A stretch of 53,906 nt of DNA from a virus (taxonomy: Duplodnaviria > Caudoviricetes): positions 1 through 53,906 of the IMG/VR virus record IMGVR_UViG_3300036850_000179; one strand, 5' to 3'. The notes below the pieces were generated by a model. The model searched no databases. It saw nothing but the letters and a program-made list of their open reading frames with translations, and had not been told where the DNA came from. The stretch's first letter is position 1. Each line of letters opens with the position of its first letter. The translations under genes were made by a program, and so were the position numbers. This document shows positions 52,706 through 53,906 of this stretch, one piece after another.

Positions 52706-52707
52706 TC

Positions 52708-52932
52708 ATGGGGCCTATCCGCACCTCCCGCCCGCTACCGAAGACGCACGCGCAGAAGCGCACCGAGGACGGCGGCACCGTCCGGAAGCCGCTCTGCGGC
52801 ACGACCAGCATCCACCGCGACCCGTACACCGTCGACCCGCTGTTCGAGTATCAGGTGGACTGCGAGCGCTGCTGGCGCCTGCTCGACCAGGAAAAGGCCG
52901 CTAAGGCGGAGAAGGAGAACGCGACCTCATGA
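52708..52932 (+). CDS. Zn-finger-like small protein
   Basis: THA...PLCG...VDCERC. Confidence 0.7.
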   Translation: MGPIRTSRPLPKTHAQKRTEDGGTVRKPLCGTTSIHRDPYTVDPLFEYQVDCERCWRLLDQEKAAKAEKENATS

Positions 52933-53315
52933 CCGTCTACGCCGCTACCGTGACCATCGGCCGGAACATCCCGCCGTCGAAGTCGACCACCGGGGAGTCC
53001 GTTCCGATGCCCCCGGCTCCCTGGACCGCATTCCGCGCGAGCGTACGGAGCCTCCTCCTCGAACGGGGCGGCATCTTGACCGTCAGCAGCATCGGTCAGG
53101 GCGGCTGGGAGGGCGACCCGGAGGAGAACTACGTCGCTGTCGCCATCTTCGAGTTCGACGGCGCTGACGCCGGCCACCCTAACGGGTGGTTCGATGGCGG
53201 CGGGAACACCCCCAGCGACGTGCGAGTCGCGCTGGCCGAGGAGCTGACTGGCCTAAAGTTCATCTACAAGCAGGACGCCATCGCGTTCGCGTGGGGTCCA
53301 AGCGAGCTGCTGTAA
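52929..53315 (+). CDS. Hypothetical protein
   Basis: TVTIGRN...G.G.WEG.PEEN...Y.QDAIA pattern. Confidence 0.8.
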   Translation: MTVYAATVTIGRNIPPSKSTTGESVPMPPAPWTAFRASVRSLLLERGGILTVSSIGQGGWEGDPEENYVAVAIFEFDGADAGHPNGWFDGGGNTPSDVRVALAEELTGLKFIYKQDAIAFAWGPSELL

Positions 53316-53321
53316 CAACCG

Positions 53322-53469
53322 CCCTAGGGCGGCGCGGTGACGCCGCCTGCGCCGTCCTAGGGTCCAAACGTCCCGGCGTTTCACCGACGGCAGGCCGGCC
53401 AAGCACCCGCCCGGGGTAAGGCACCCCACCTGCGCGCACGGGTGTGCCTGCCGTCGGTCGAATGCCGGG
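53322..53469 (+). ncRNA. Candidate structured RNA element
   Basis: Long hairpin followed by a multibranch stem; perfect 13-bp helix 53383..53395 / 53446..53458. Confidence 0.4.
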
Positions 53470-53483
53470 GAGGAGGAAATCCG

Positions 53484-53606
53484 ATGGCTGCCGTCCCGGC
53501 GCCGCACTGCCACGCCTGCGGCCAGTTTGTCCCTGTCCGGCGTGAGCGCGACCCGCTCGACCATGACGAGCCCCAAGACGAGCATCTGTGCCCGTATGGG
53601 GACTGA
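53484..53606 (+). CDS. 40-aa Zn microprotein
   Basis: CHACG...HLCPYG; GAGGAGG RBS. Confidence 0.55.
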   Translation: MAAVPAPHCHACGQFVPVRRERDPLDHDEPQDEHLCPYGD

Positions 53607-53616
53607 GGAGGCATCC

Positions 53617-53817
53617 ATGCCCGTTTCCGGTTGGACCGGCGCCGGCCTCGGCGCCGGCGACAACGCCGAACACGTCCGGCTGCACCGCCGCATCGGTCTG
53701 CTGCGCCGCCACCAGGCGCGCATCGGCCCGGTGGGGTGGGCACGGTCGAAGGTCCGTCCGTATCTCGCCGAGGCGAACGCCGCCCACGGCGAGCTGCACA
53801 GAAGGGAGCGAGGGTGA
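53617..53817 (+). CDS. Hypothetical basic protein
   Basis: GAGGAGG RBS, ATG 53617. Confidence 0.65.
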   Translation: MPVSGWTGAGLGAGDNAEHVRLHRRIGLLRRHQARIGPVGWARSKVRPYLAEANAAHGELHRRERG

Positions 53818-53906
53818 GCACCCCGGACTACCGCGAGACCCTCGCGTCGGTGGCCGGCGCGCTCGACCCATCGCCGGCCGACTACCGCGAGGTCGCCCAG
53901 TGGGCG
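53780..53906. repeat. Terminal direct repeat, copy 2
   Basis: Identical to 1..127. Confidence 0.97.

Noticed and set aside
53780-53906. 127-bp terminal repeat as a biological direct terminal repeat
   Set aside because: It falls inside coding genes and 127 is a common assembler k-mer length, so it is best read as a circularisation overlap

Overview
This window is an apparently complete, high-GC tailed-phage genome of 53,779 bp. The first 127 nt are repeated at the end, as expected from a circular assembly. The host is probably actinobacterial, inferred from GC content and the style of the lysis genes. The morphology looks podovirus-like: terminase, portal, scaffold, DUF5309-type capsid, adaptor, nozzle and a 2454-aa ejection-type protein, with no tape measure, tube or sheath gene. 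I see no integrase, DNA polymerase, tRNA or CRISPR array. Layout: early small genes (+, about 50.1 kb across the junction to 3.9 kb); a short reverse island (6767-4130) with a dNMP kinase and a sigma-region-4-like protein; a candidate origin (6.9-7.1 kb); replication/recombination genes (+, to 20.6 kb: AEP primase, Cas4-like exonuclease, DnaB helicase, resolvase, HNH, lytic transglycosylase); a 28-kb late arm (-, 48444-20770); and a 1.6-kb non-coding region. Most notable: (1) a phage-specific promoter grammar, a GTG(A/T)CC.CA(G/C) box only 8-9 nt upstream of the -10, found at six intergenic sites, together with a stand-alone sigma4-like protein; (2) a late cassette of protamine-like Arg-rich microproteins bracketed by two 184-aa secreted Cys-patterned paralogs; (3) an Acb2/Tad1-like sponge gene directly behind the capsid gene; (4) a repeat-shafted tail fibre with a GH26 domain. 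All family calls are motif recognition by eye, not database searches.
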